Part shown: positions 40,665 through 53,556 of the stretch, piece after piece
Layout: each line of letters begins with the position of its first letter
Position numbering within the stretch: position 1 is the first letter of the stretch
Source: Ptychomitrium polyphyllum
Taxonomy: Eukaryota
Assembly: GCA_973851085.1 (NCBI GenBank)
Contig: OZ316776.1
Location: forward strand, 1,922,001-1,986,000
Direction: 5' to 3'
DNA: 64,000 nt
Notes under the pieces: model-generated
What the model was told of the DNA's origin: nothing
The model's input: the letters and a program-made list of their open reading frames with translations, nothing else
Database searches by the model: none
Position numbers and translations under genes: made by a program

Positions 40665-43600
40665 ATGGAGGACTCGGCTGTGCAGAAGTTGCCTCGGAAG
40701 GAGCTCCTGCTGCTGTGCACTAACCATAACATTCGAACGGCAGGTGTCAAGGTAGAGTACCACGTTCTTGATCCTGGTGATCATGTTGTAAATGCAATCT
40801 CGTTTTGTTTTGGTAGAGACTATTGTCATGGCCGAAGTTTCTGAAATGTTAGCCGAGTTGGATTCTACAGGAGGAGAATAGGAAATAGGTCATCGTGTCT
40901 TGAGGATTGCGTGACGCCACTATCATTGACCTCCGCACCAATCTTCACCTGTGTCGACAATGAAAAAGGCAATCTCTTATAAGACAATTATCTGTAAAGG
41001 ACTGAGCTGAATTCACTAAATTGTTCCTTGTGGACTGCTGCAGCATGATGAACTCATCCGTTTGCTGCAAAAGAAATTGCACCCTCCAGCATCCGATACA
41101 CCCAGGTACTACTACTTGCAAATTCAATACGTATAGCCATCATGTTAACATCCACATTTACCAGCGTCGGTCACAAGGCCTTTATCTAGATTGTGGTGAT
41201 TTCATTTTCAAGTACTTTCGATCGATCTGCATACTAAAATACATGCATTCTGTCACCTGTGATAAATTATGGAGCAGGGCCACGCTGAATCCACGTAGTC
41301 AGATCAGCACAAATTCCCCAGTTAGCTCGCCAAAGGCACGCAATCAGAATAGTGCTAATTCCCCATTCAGCTCACCAAATACCGAAGGGAAACCTGATAA
41401 AAAAGCTGCCTTTCCAACGCCGGGATCGATCAGCCAAGGCCGGAGCCTACGTCCTCTTGTCCTCGTGGTAAGTAATGACACGTTCTTACGGTTTGTGTCA
41501 ATTCTCCTGTACCTCAACCTCACATTCTTCCAATTCTCGACATGGCAAACCGATAATAGCAAGAAAGTTGCTGTTGAAATCATCCTCATGAGTGATCTAG
41601 ATGTTTGAATTATAGAACTGAAAGAGTAAGAATCACCTTCAATAGTCACCTTAGACAGTCTCTTGAATCGTGATCGATCCAGCGTCGCGTTTGGCATTTC
41701 CTGACACATTCGATGCTGTAGTAGACTCAGTCAAGCTCTAATTGTAATACAATTTTATATTTTCAGATTCAGGATGATCGCTCACGGAATAATACACCCG
41801 AGCCAAGTCCTAGGACTTCGAGAAAGGATCAGCTTTCAGCAACTGCAGGAGTACAGCCCGGCAAACCGACTACGACGAAGTCAAATGCGCCACCAGCACA
41901 GAGATCGGATCTTCTGCGCAAGAAGGTAAATACCTTGACTGCATTTAGCAAGCTGCAAGCGCAGGAAAGGGCGCGCCCAGTTCAGAAAGGTGATGGCTCT
42001 CTCGTCAGGGACCGCAACAATGTGGTGCCTGTTTCAATCGGCAAGCAGGCCCAGGAGATGCGGCCCAAACAAAGTGATCGTGGCGCTTCTGTTAGAAGCC
42101 GCAGTGGAGCTCCTGCTGTTGGTGCTCCAAAGAAAAATATCAAAAGCTTATCGTTGCCAGTGAAACGCCATGGTGAGCCTGCTCTCAGTGTGAAGAGCAA
42201 TGAAAATTCACGAAATGGGCAGAGTGCAAACCCGAGTGCAGCGAATTCTGAGGCCTCTGGAAGCTGCTCTCGCGCACCTGAAGGTGAAGCAACCGTTGCT
42301 GCCAATGCTGGTTCGCAGAGCAACATGGACTTACATTGCTTCCGCAGTGTCTTGGAGATCGCTACAAATGCGGGGCATCGTGCGATGTGGGAAGACTCTG
42401 ATGCTGACGACGCTCACAGCGTGTCGACCGAGCCTGTTTCGAGGTTTGGTTCACAGAGTGAGAGGTTTCATTCCCCGCCCACAAGTAAAGGGAGCAAGGT
42501 GGGACGCGTTGCGTACCCCTCGTGGGAGAGCGGGCATGGTCGGAGGAGCTCTTTGGATTCCTCGGTCGACAGCAACGCACCACTTGAGAGAGATTCAGAT
42601 CTCTTTGCAACGCAGGGTGTAGAGAATCTGATCTCTTCGTCTTTTCTGGAAAATGATGCCTTTGATATGATAGGCGATGCACACAGAGTTGAAATCAACT
42701 CCTTAGACGTCCATTCTGGTATTCCTAAGGAGGTCAATGCGGCAGGGGGGGCACATCAACCCGGGCAGGTTCGGAATCCTGAAATCTCTATGGCAGGTTT
42801 TTTAGAGAATGACATTATCTCTAAGCCTGAAAAGAGTTCGAGAAATGCTGTCTTTGAGACTGCGCCATCAACAATGCAGAAGGGTGAGCTGGGCAATCCC
42901 GAAAACCCTAAAGTTGAGCACGACGTCAAAGGTAGTGAGTATCGTCAAGAGGATAGCTCTGCTCCTGCAGTAGAATCAAATGCACCAGTCGCTGAGCAGG
43001 AAAAGGATGCGGCAACATCTTTAGGCAGTCGTAAACATGAAATAGAAATGGCTATTTCTTCTCTGGCGGTGAATGACGTACCGGTAGCATCGTCTAGAAA
43101 TGTTACTGACGAAACTGAAGCAGAAGAAGGCCCGCTACTCATGAGAAAAGAAAACTTCGAGGGGAATAAGTTGTTTGATTCCACTCTGAATCTAGTTCGG
43201 AATGAGGACTCTTGTGAAGAAGGCGCTGATGCTCAGGCTAGGATGAAAAAGAATATTGAACTTGGTATCGAGCGCTCTGCAACTAATGGTTCTCCTTCGC
43301 ATCAAGAATCACCTTATATTTCAGGTGTGCAACTGGCTGAAAAAGATGATCCTGCCTGTTGCAGCAGCAAAGATTACACCATCACCTCAACGCACGAATG
43401 CATTGAACGAGTCCATTTCAACATAGATAGCGCACCTTTGCCGCACCCTGACATGGAAAGGTCTTTAGTCACGCCAATAAGTGTCGATCATCCGGATCCA
43501 AGTGCTACACCTGAAAGCACTGCTGGAGAATTAGATATTTGCTCAGGGACATCGTCATCTCCTTGTGATGAGCTGCAACAGGATTTTGATGTCAAATTGA

Positions 43601-44058
43601 GAGTTGGACAAAGTGTAAGCAATTTTGGACCAATACATGATTACAATAAGGTGAGTACCAATGTGCAGCCTCTACTGTAAATGGTCAGTTTAATATCATC
43701 AATTATCGAACTTCAAGCTATATACTTTGTGACTCAGGGACGATGGAAATGATGACCCAGTTCTCTTTCTTATATGTAGTTTTGCAATTCAGAGGTATGA
43801 TACCTGAAACATGATGTCGTAAATGGTCTTACTTGTTTAGCCTTCCACTAGTGACGATTTTAGGCCTGTTCTTGAATACAGGACGGAATCAAGAAGAGTA
43901 ACCTTCTACAATCTGACAGAAGTGAGAAGGTTCCTCTTCTGCAGGACGGCCGTGAGAATGAGAACATGCAGTTGATGAGGAGGACGTTTCCATCGTCAAT
44001 TCTGCTGTGGTGCTCGCAATTGTTCTCAGCAATATTTGGAATACGCAGCCAGCGTTGA
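40665..44058 (+). CDS. Uncharacterised ~799-aa protein: SAP-like N-terminus, long low-complexity body, short hydrophobic C-terminal tail
   Basis: Exons 40665-40751, 41044-41105, 41278-41467, 41767-43650 and 43882-44058 join in frame via GT-AG (2400 nt). N-terminus VQKLPRKELLLLCTNHNIRTAGVKHDELIRLLQKKL; C-terminus EKVPLL...ILLWCSQLFSAIFGIRSQR*. Confidence 0.75.
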
Positions 44059-45709
44059 GGATCTCAACATGGTTATCATGTCGTCAACAGTGCCTACTGG
44101 TTAGTAACTCTGCCCTCATCTGTTGTAACCACGTTTTGCGATTTTATTGCAATTCAAAGCAACACCCGATACAAAGTTCCTCCAATAAGAAAAAAGCCAA
44201 GCAGATGTGATACTATAGGTAATCGTAAAAGCTGAATATGTGATACTAAGGTATCAGCCTTCTAATCAGAATGTCGAACATGGCATGGACTGATGGCAGG
44301 CAGCTTGGAGTAGACCTGAAGGAACAACCTCAAAGATAAGAAGCTCCAGAGTGTTGGAATCTCTTCAGATCTCAGGAACGTACTCTCAATTTGTATTTGT
44401 AAATATTGTTGAAAGCGTATGATAATAAATCCGAGATTGCTGGGACGGCGTGGCTGGGGTTTCTGTTAGATGTACTCTAATTGTTTTCCAATATATTCTA
44501 TACAATATTCCATGCCGTGCCGCTTTCGCCGGTTGAGTGATGTTTGAAGGTGTCGTATAGGTCTAAGGTAGTCCAAGAAACTTTAGCCAGTAGTGGTCGC
44601 CTGTCGGTGTGTAGGTACGGAGGTCTCCTACTTGTGATTGTTGAAGCAATTGAAAGGTCCAATCTCACTACAGATCTTTGGACTATGTAGGTGAGTGGAC
44701 TGTTATTCAATCTAAAAGATTTTAGCAATCATTATCGTCTCAGATTACTTTGTCAAATTCTTCTGATCGGCTACTGCAGGTAAATGAAACACTCTGTGAG
44801 CACATGTGGACATTTACTCTTCGGGGTTGCAAATCGCTGCTCCCAGGCAACGGTTGAAAGAGCATTATATTGTTAAACGAAATTCTGGATTTGAGGTGTA
44901 GGGAAAATCAGCGAAACAAGCATTTGCAATGAGTTGCGAATAAAATTGATGCAGTTGCAGCACAGTTGCTGAGACGTTTGCTGATGGTTGGGATGGCCGA
45001 GGAGAGGCTAGAGAAAACCGCGACTGAAACAGAAAGTTGCATCGACTACTTTTGAACTGCTGCTTCTCGTAGTATATCAAAAAACAATCCTGTTCTGTTA
45101 ATTTTAAATCGGCCTAATTAATATGACAAAACCTCGTTGCTCCAGACACAAGCAGACTGAATTTCTACAAACAGCAACGCCTGTAATCATCACACCATAT
45201 AACCGCAAGCCTTCACATCATATGGCAGAGTTTGCATTCTCAAAATAATACGAGTGTGGCGATCAAGGATCGTTTGAATTCACACTAAACATAAATACAA
45301 ATGTACTGACTCCTCTAACAATGGAGATGTACCTGCTTTACACATCTACTACGAATGGAATCGCCAATCCGGCACGTAAATCTCCTGTCTTGCTATTACG
45401 AGTGTCTCCTTCCATCCCACCTCCTTATTTAGTATGGCCTTGGCACCGATTTGATGGACAAAGGAGGGGAGAAAAAGAGCAGATTCACTGGAGTCTGGCT
45501 CGTTTTAAAAAGGAGTGAATGCGCTGGCTCGTACCAAGTTGGGCGACATCTTCAGGCTATGTAATTCTCTGCTTAGATTACCTCTTCAATGCCATGTAAG
45601 TTTATAGACTCAAGGAAACAGAAATACTGTATCCTATGTGACTTTCATTACCAATACCATTATCATGATGTTGTCAAGACTCTTCAAAGAACCTAGAAGA
45701 GTACGAAGA

Positions 45710-48670
45710 TCATTCCATTAATCCAGTCTTCTCCGTAGATTTTCGGGTGTCGACACCCGCCAACTCAACGCCTCCATCATCCTCTTGCGCTTTCCTAAAA
45801 CCAGGCTGATTTGCCGCTGCCTCCTCCAGAGCCTCAAGATATTGCATTATCAGTGGATCAGTCCAAGGACACCCAAACGGAGCCTCAGGACCAGCAACCC
45901 ATCCTAAGTGGCCTCCATATGGCGTTACTACCAGCAAGCAGTTCGGATTTGCCTGTCAGCACAATCAATATGGAACAAATAACTTAGAAAACAAACACAG
46001 CACTTCATCTTCGCAAATTCTAGCTCATTATCATGCCCGAGCGTCATAACTAGATCAACTTGCATTCTTACCAACCACAAGAGGTACACTTATATAGAAG
46101 ACTCCTTTTTCATGGGACATTAAGAGCAGAATAGGAAATACGGTACTGAAGTTAAAAAAGCCTTTTTTTCTACATTCAAGACACGAAACCGGAGAAACAT
46201 GAATACAAACGATTGCAGTACCTCAGCATCTGCCCGAGGGATTGCTCGTTCGGGAGCGATTGGATCAGTAAAAGCCTACACAATTAATTGACAAGGTTAA
46301 ACGCCAAACCACCTTCACAAAACATGGACGTAAGAAGAACTTTCAGGCAAAAAGGAAACTAACATTTAGGGCATCGTCTGTTGGTAACACAAACGAAAAT
46401 GCAAGCAGTATCTCTGTTCAGAGACCCTACAGAACTGTCCCAAATGTTCCTTGAGAACTTATAGTTTGTCAGGATGTCTACTATTGTGCAAGTTAATGAG
46501 GTAAAATTGCTTAACAAAATACTGCCAAATACACGCTGATCTTGTGAGAAAGATAGCGCACCTGAACACACAAGAGTGGCACTCTGACATCTTTGATCGA
46601 ACGACAGCTGCTCGCGTCATAATAATACTCGTCAACTGACTTGTACCCAAACGTAACTGCATCAAGGGAACAACCCATCACCACCACATCCGCTGAATCA
46701 ATTCTAGGTGTGCTTTGAAGAGGGCAAATTGAGAATGCAGTGTTGGACCCTGAATACACATTTCTTGCACAAGGAAACAAAGTGCTTATCTTTTCCACCT
46801 TGAATTTACTGATACGGGGACAATGGTGCCTCACTGCCCTGTGCATTTCTGAGCAGAGTCGAACAGAGCTTGAAGTTACTACAACCATTTGTATCAGGGG
46901 ACAGATTTACACACCTCTTGTCAATCCATCGTCAAACTCACGAATAGTCGTAGCCTTCTCAATCAAAGGGAAATTGTAGTCTTTTTCAGCATTCTTGAAT
47001 AGATGGGCATTCCTAAATTAAAATCTTTTCAGTCAGTCTCACATATACGTGCGCAAATTGATTGTTCAGAGCAGTTCCATTACCCAAATCATTCAACTGG
47101 CACTTACTTCGTAAACATTTCCAGGAGAGCTTTGGCAAGGGCCAAATTGTAGACTTTGTTGAATCCTTTGTGGAAATCAATGCTGGATATCTCCAAATCG
47201 AATACATTGCAAAGTGAGACAGCTCCAGCTAGTGGACATCTCTCTCCCTCCTGCAAACGCAGTCCAGTTCTAAAGCTTAACATCACTATGTTTGCTCACA
47301 GCTACGCATTTGCAGAACCTAGAGCAGTAGCACTTGAACAAATCAAAATATCATTCAAAGGAGGAAACGAGCTAACCTGTCCCAAATATCGCACTAAAAT
47401 ATTAGCACCCACAGACCAGCCGGTAGCGTAGATCCTCGAGGACGGAAATAGAGAGGCGGTGTGCTTCACCACTTGGCGCAAATCTTCAGTGAATAGAGCA
47501 GATTGAATCTACAAAAAATAAACCTTATAATTAAAACCTTACAGAGCTTTTGCATCTCTCTGCACAGATGATGATGGCATGAAGAAGAGCTAGAACCAAC
47601 AAACCATAAGAAATCTCATAATCCATCACCACGATTGTGGCAGTAAAACTTAGTATAACAAAAGATTAACGAAGGCTTGAATTAAAGGAGACCTGAGAGG
47701 TGGTAATGGGAGCTTCTGCACAGCCCCTGGCGTTGAACACGACCGCAGCCCAACCCTTGCTACGAGCCCGTTGCGCAAAATGCTGCACGTATGAGTCGTC
47801 GCTCCCACCTGTCAAACCTGGCTGCCCATGGAAATGAACGCTTCTCAATTTAGTTCTTCGGAATCCCTTCTCCCTTGCAGTAAATCATACGAAAAAACCA
47901 TGCTAATAGCTCTACCGACGACATTACGATTACCGCTCAGCTCCCCACTCCTACTGCCACAGGAGCATCTCGATGACGTTGCAGATTGTAACCCGCACAT
48001 GAAGATTCTAATCTAACGCGATCCAAAACCAATTCCTACGACAAGTGAGAGAGCAACACAGAGGCGGAGTGCGAACCAAAAGAATAAGAACTGCCTTAGG
48101 GTCTTGAATCTCCGGTTGCGGCCAGTCGAGTGCAAAAGTGCCACCGTCCGCCGTCCTCAAGCATTCTCGTTTATAATTGAGTTTGGGCGAAGACCTAAGA
48201 TAGGAAGCAAAGATGGTCTCGACATGGCGATTCGAGAGCAATGGGTATGGCTTGTACGGCTTCTCGAGCTCTGTCAACTTAGGAAGAAGCTTGGCGTTCA
48301 ATGGTGAGGCATGACCTATGATTTCAAGAGGCTTTCCTTGCAGCAACTTCGCCATGAGAAACGCAAAAGCGCCCAATGCCAAGGCACGTATGAGAAAGGC
48401 GCTTCCGACTTGCGCTCTCACCTCCCTGGCTCTTCTTCTGACCTGCAACAGATCTGGAGAGGGTCGAGAGTTCCTACCTTGCCTCAAGCTGGGCAAGCAC
48501 CCTCCTGGAAGCGTGCTCCACTTGGGATGTTCTCTAAGAGCGGATCGAGTTCCACGTTGAGAGGAGAATTGTCGTACAGGGCGTCGATCCAAAAGATGGC
48601 GCGGCACCAATGCGCTGAGACGGGAGCCTAGGAATGGAGACGAAAGCATGATGGAAGCGGCCAGAGACAT
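45710..48670 (-). CDS. EMB8-like / ABHD1-3 / YheT-type alpha/beta hydrolase; multi-exon
   Basis: NRHVETIF, RECLRTADGGTFALDW, PGLTGGSDDSY, FNARGC, nucleophile GWSVG (~47410), IREFDDGLTR, DPIAP (Asp) and GGHLGW (His). The N-terminal extension is transit-peptide-like. Confidence 0.92.
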
Positions 48671-50135
48671 AACTGAAAGTAGAGATTCTAGGTGTCAAGC
48701 AGCGGAATGCTTTCCAGAGAACAAAGTAAGATTGAAGGAGAGGTGGCATCTCTTTCGATCCACTCCAGGTGGTCCTCTCTCGTACACTTTCTCACGTCTG
48801 TTTTGTTGTAAACTAAGCAAAATCATTGGCATCATATAATTGCGCACGCAAGCCGACCTGATCCAAAGTCTCCAAATCTGCCAATTGGCAAAAAGATGTT
48901 CTTTCCCATAGTTGATCATTCCTGACACAAGTAGCACGTGACACAACACTTTGGATACCTGGATTGGATCGGGCGACGGGGCTTGTGGGTTTTTGAGAAG
49001 AGAGGAATCAGAGGTCATCACAGCGGGGCGAGAAACATGTGCAAGAGAAACTCAGAACTTAAGAAGGAATGATTCCGTCGTGAGGAACTTGTGAGACTCA
49101 AAGTATAGTAACCATACTCCGGAATACCCTGGAAAAGTACAAAATCAAATATCTGTTACTGTATCCGAAGCCACAGTCGGCCATAATCAGAAACCAATAT
49201 CTGATTCTGGTAGGGTCACCGCCAAAATCCTGCAATAACTTGTCCCTTCACCTGATCGCCTCTGGATCGTGGCTTTGGCACTTGCTCATAGCATTCAATA
49301 TACCGGATCAAAATGAGCTACTAACACCATGTTATTGCAACTCAGTCTCCGAAAATTTATCTAGCTCACTTTGGACGGTCGGCTTGTTCCTACACATGAA
49401 TGAGGCATTCGGTGGTTTACTTGGCACACCTCCGGCACCTCTATCAGAGAAACATGTGTGGCAATTATCGAATAAAGACCAGTGCAACGAGCAGCTCTAA
49501 GTTACGAACGGAAACGAGAACGCGAACAGCTTACAAACAGCCGCAATTTGTGATGTTCATCAACAGCCCAACTGGCAATAAGGGAATCAGGTCATGAGAT
49601 TGTGAGTAATATTGGAATGGGAACTCATGTTCAGAAACTGTAAGAGTTACCTGAACTTCTGCTCTCGGATTGCCTCATCATGAAACCCAAGAGTACCAAG
49701 TTTGAACAATGGCAGTGCTCGTGATCTAGAGTCGGATCGTCTTGAATAGTAGGTACCTGATCTTATGGCCCCACTCACGAGCATTGACACATGTGACCAT
49801 CACGGCGTTCCTCAACAATCTTACAGTAGAGATACAAGCTCCCGTTTAACTGTTATAAGTGTAGAGATCAAGGATCGTTTGATCTTACAACATATAGCAG
49901 TACCGTACTCTGTTCAAGTACACTGGCCCCTGGAAAGGTGGACACAAACCAGCTGAGGACATGTACATGGAATGGAACCACTTCCTACAGCCTCAATGAG
50001 TAGTTGCACAACAGATTATATGTGAATCTAGACTTTAAAATCAGAAAAACCAGATCCACTAGCTAAAGGCTAACTCTCTGGTTGAATCCTTCTTCAAATA
50101 TATCAAGTAAACATTGTGAGAGGTGGGGACAGCTA

Positions 50136-51905
50136 TTAGTGCCAGATGCCAATTTCCTCTAATCCGCCTTCCATCATGCTTGCTCGATACATGCCTGTGG
50201 TATTAAAAGCCATCACCACATCTCCAGTGGCTGATACAGCCACAAGGCCACCCTTTCCTATGGGAAGACGATGTCCAATCACTTCTTCAACTGCCTCCGC
50301 CAATGGCACTTTCCTGTACTCCATGATGGCTGCCACCTCACGCGCTACAGTTGCCTTGATTATTGCTTCGCCCCTTCCCGTAGCAGAGACAGCACAGAGA
50401 TGATTGGCATAATTACCCGCACCCACCACAGGCGTGTCTCCTATAAGGTGCATTCACAACACTTTCAGAGTTCAAGGTGATCAATGGAAAAGTGAGTGTC
50501 ACATAAAGCTGTCAGTGTAGATGATAAGACGTACAACGGATGTCCCAATTGCAAAGTATTCATGTCCCATTCATAGAGCACATTTTGCCGCCATGGCAAA
50601 CCAAACAAAGCAAAATGGAATGAATACTGATGGGAAATAGTGGATCAAGCTACCTATACGACCAACCATTTTGTTCACTAATCCTCCAGTAGAAGTGGCA
50701 GCAGCACAACGGCCATGCACATCCACAGCCACGCAACCCACAGTCTCAAACTCAGGTTTCTGAGGATCCGTGGCTGCCGGAATTTTCTGACTCTGCTCTT
50801 CTTCTGCTTTGTCCGGATTGTGAACTGCCAAAGCCGTGGTGCAATCCAACTGCCGCCCCCACAAGATATCATTTCACATGCACCACCTCTGAAGATGTCA
50901 GTATATTGCTCCAAGTATACATCCTGGACACCTAGAAAATATTATTCCTAATACATGCTTACGTGAAGGACCCGGAAATCGAGGTGCTGCCGCAACGAAA
51001 ACACCTCATCTACATTCAAATGCCACACGTGATGCTCCCTGGCCCACCTCCAAGTCCGGTAAAAACATTACCTGAACCAGGTTCATTTCTTGAGCTCGTG
51101 CGAGCCGTTCTTGGTTTACTTTCGTGATGAAGTAGCTGGGTTCCTTTGTTTCCACTCCCTGCCATACTCCCACACATTCGCCTCCCCCAACAATCAAGAA
51201 GTTGTTGTAAACCACAAAGATTCCAACCCCGTTCATGGCGCAGGGCACAGTTAGAAGACAAATAGGTGACTGACCTGCTGCCTCGCAAAACCTTCAGCCC
51301 CTTCGAATGCAAGGTAGATGTGAGGAGTCCTTTCCATAACCAAGCGAGCCAAGCTTATGGGATGGACCACGGTTGAAAGGCCAGATACTGCCCCGCAGTT
51401 CATCGTAGGTCCATCCATGATGCACGCCTCCATCTCCACGGTTCCATCTGTTGTCAACACCGAACCTCGCCCTGCGTTGAACACTGGATTTGATTCCAGT
51501 TCTTGCACCTGTAAAACCCAAACCCAAACGATATCGGTCAACGACACAGAATCAAACCCTAACCAACAAACGCGGACACAGCGATGCCACCGCCAATACA
51601 CATTCTCAACACACGACAAGCTCCAGCACTTTCAAAGAATTTATACACTCGTTGAAGAATGGAAATCATATCACACAACAAAATTGCACATGGTAACCGA
51701 ATCATGCGCGACGGTAGTAGTCACAGAAGGGAAAAATGACTACCACAAGCTCCGCCACGTCCAGAGCCGTATGAGAAGATTGCAGGGCGGACACTCCCAG
51801 ACCAAGACAATGCAAAAGGCAGGCCTCCACCGCTTCCTTTCTCGCTGCGGGAAGGTCCCTCGATATGTCACCCGCGCCTCCGTGCAACGCAATTGCCCAC
51901 CCCAT
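50136..51905 (-). CDS. Isoaspartyl peptidase / plant-type L-asparaginase (Ntn hydrolase), K+-independent-like
   Basis: [44 protein letters not shown], autocleavage site [36 protein letters not shown] at 50136-50138. Confidence 0.95.
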
Positions 51906-53556
51906 TGCAACTATGAGCTAGAACAAACGGAGTAACTGATAAGATACAAAAATATGCATGAAGAATCTTGGCGTTGGAGGTGGCGAGACGGTGACAGTGT
52001 ACAATGATGCAGTCACTACTTTAGAAATCAGAAACTGGATGGCCATAAATGGCCGGGATCAAAAGATTCCCGCCAATGACAGCGGTGGGCGAGAAGGAAG
52101 TGACCCAACCCCACAACGATGTGAGATCAAGTAATGCAGAAGTATAAATAACATAAAACAAAAGAATAAATAAAGTCACAAAATGACGAAGCAATAAGGT
52201 CTAAAACTACAAAATAATATGGTAACACAACCGTGGGCAGTCAATCACATTAAAAAAACTCCACATGGGGCGGAAAGAACAATCCTCACCATGTCATAAC
52301 GTCCAAACTCAGGAGGAATGCAAACACAGCACATAACCTCTACGCTGTGCTTCAGATTCTCCTAATAAATTACTATGAGTAGTGCAAACTATAGTCTAAC
52401 AACAACTCCAACATAAGAAAAAACACAACGCCAAAACGAGAAACTAAAAAGGTGCCGCCAACAACATCCATTTGAACATCATGCGACGAGTCAGATAAGC
52501 ATTCAGACATCAAAACAAAAAAAAAATCAAAGAGTCCTCCAACAATCAAAATAACCACATCCGACTCCCATTCATAACCAAATGCTGCTCATACAAAATC
52601 ATTCAAAAACAACACGGCAGTAAAAGTAACACATAACCAGTGCCAAAGATCCAAATACAAAAAACTCAGACGCCGAAAAGCAATCAAAATCACAACTACG
52701 TCAGAAAACAACTCATCCACATAACAGCTTCATTCAGATCTCTAAACTGCTCGTAAACCCAACTATGCATGCAAAAATAAAAACCGACCAACAACAAACA
52801 AAGAGCAATCCCGCAACACTACAATTCACCCAAAATCAACCACACGATGAACAAAAAAAACATACCGAAACAGATACAAACGAAAAAGGTCGCCAAAAAC
52901 ACTCACCACCATCCTAGACTAAATTACACCAAATATGCACAGTAATCCTGACCTCGTCCGACAAGATGCTCGGAAGATATAGGTCACAGATCAATAGGTT
53001 TGTCCAATTAATAACAAGCAATACATTACAATCACCGAGCCTCACTGCGCACTGCCAGCGGAGCCACCTTCAAATAAAAATACCTGAGCAAAGCCAGTCA
53101 CCCACCGGAGGCTTAACACAACAACACGAAACACGCCCGGCTCCAGTGTTAAACACAAACACATGAAACCGGCTCGGACCCCCGCCTGCCTGCAGATTCG
53201 AATTACAGGGTCCCTCGGTCGTCTGCTGCTCTGCGTCACAACCACCCACGCCGCGCCTGCTGCTGGGACCGTCGCTCCACTGCCCTCCGCCACTTGCTCC
53301 CGAATGACGACACACTCTCCCCGAACGTCACGCGCGCCCGCCTTCGCTCCGGCCAACGTGTCCATAGAACTTATTCTACAAGTGCATCTCCTCCACACCA
53401 CCCCGCTCGTCGCCCCCATCACCTCCACGGGGTTTCTGATCTGCACCTCGAGACCGCCTTCCGCCCCGCCCCTCCCTACCACCCCACTCTACCCGCCCAC
53501 CCCCTGCCCCCCTTCCTCTCTCAACTCGCCTCCGCCTCTGCGATGACGAACCTGGA

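Noticed and set aside
43738..43794. Possible extra exon in the SAP-like gene
   Set aside because: Would introduce an immediate TGA; skipping it gives a clean frame.
43914..43932. tgacagaagtgaga resembling miR156
   Set aside because: Partial match within a coding exon and no hairpin.
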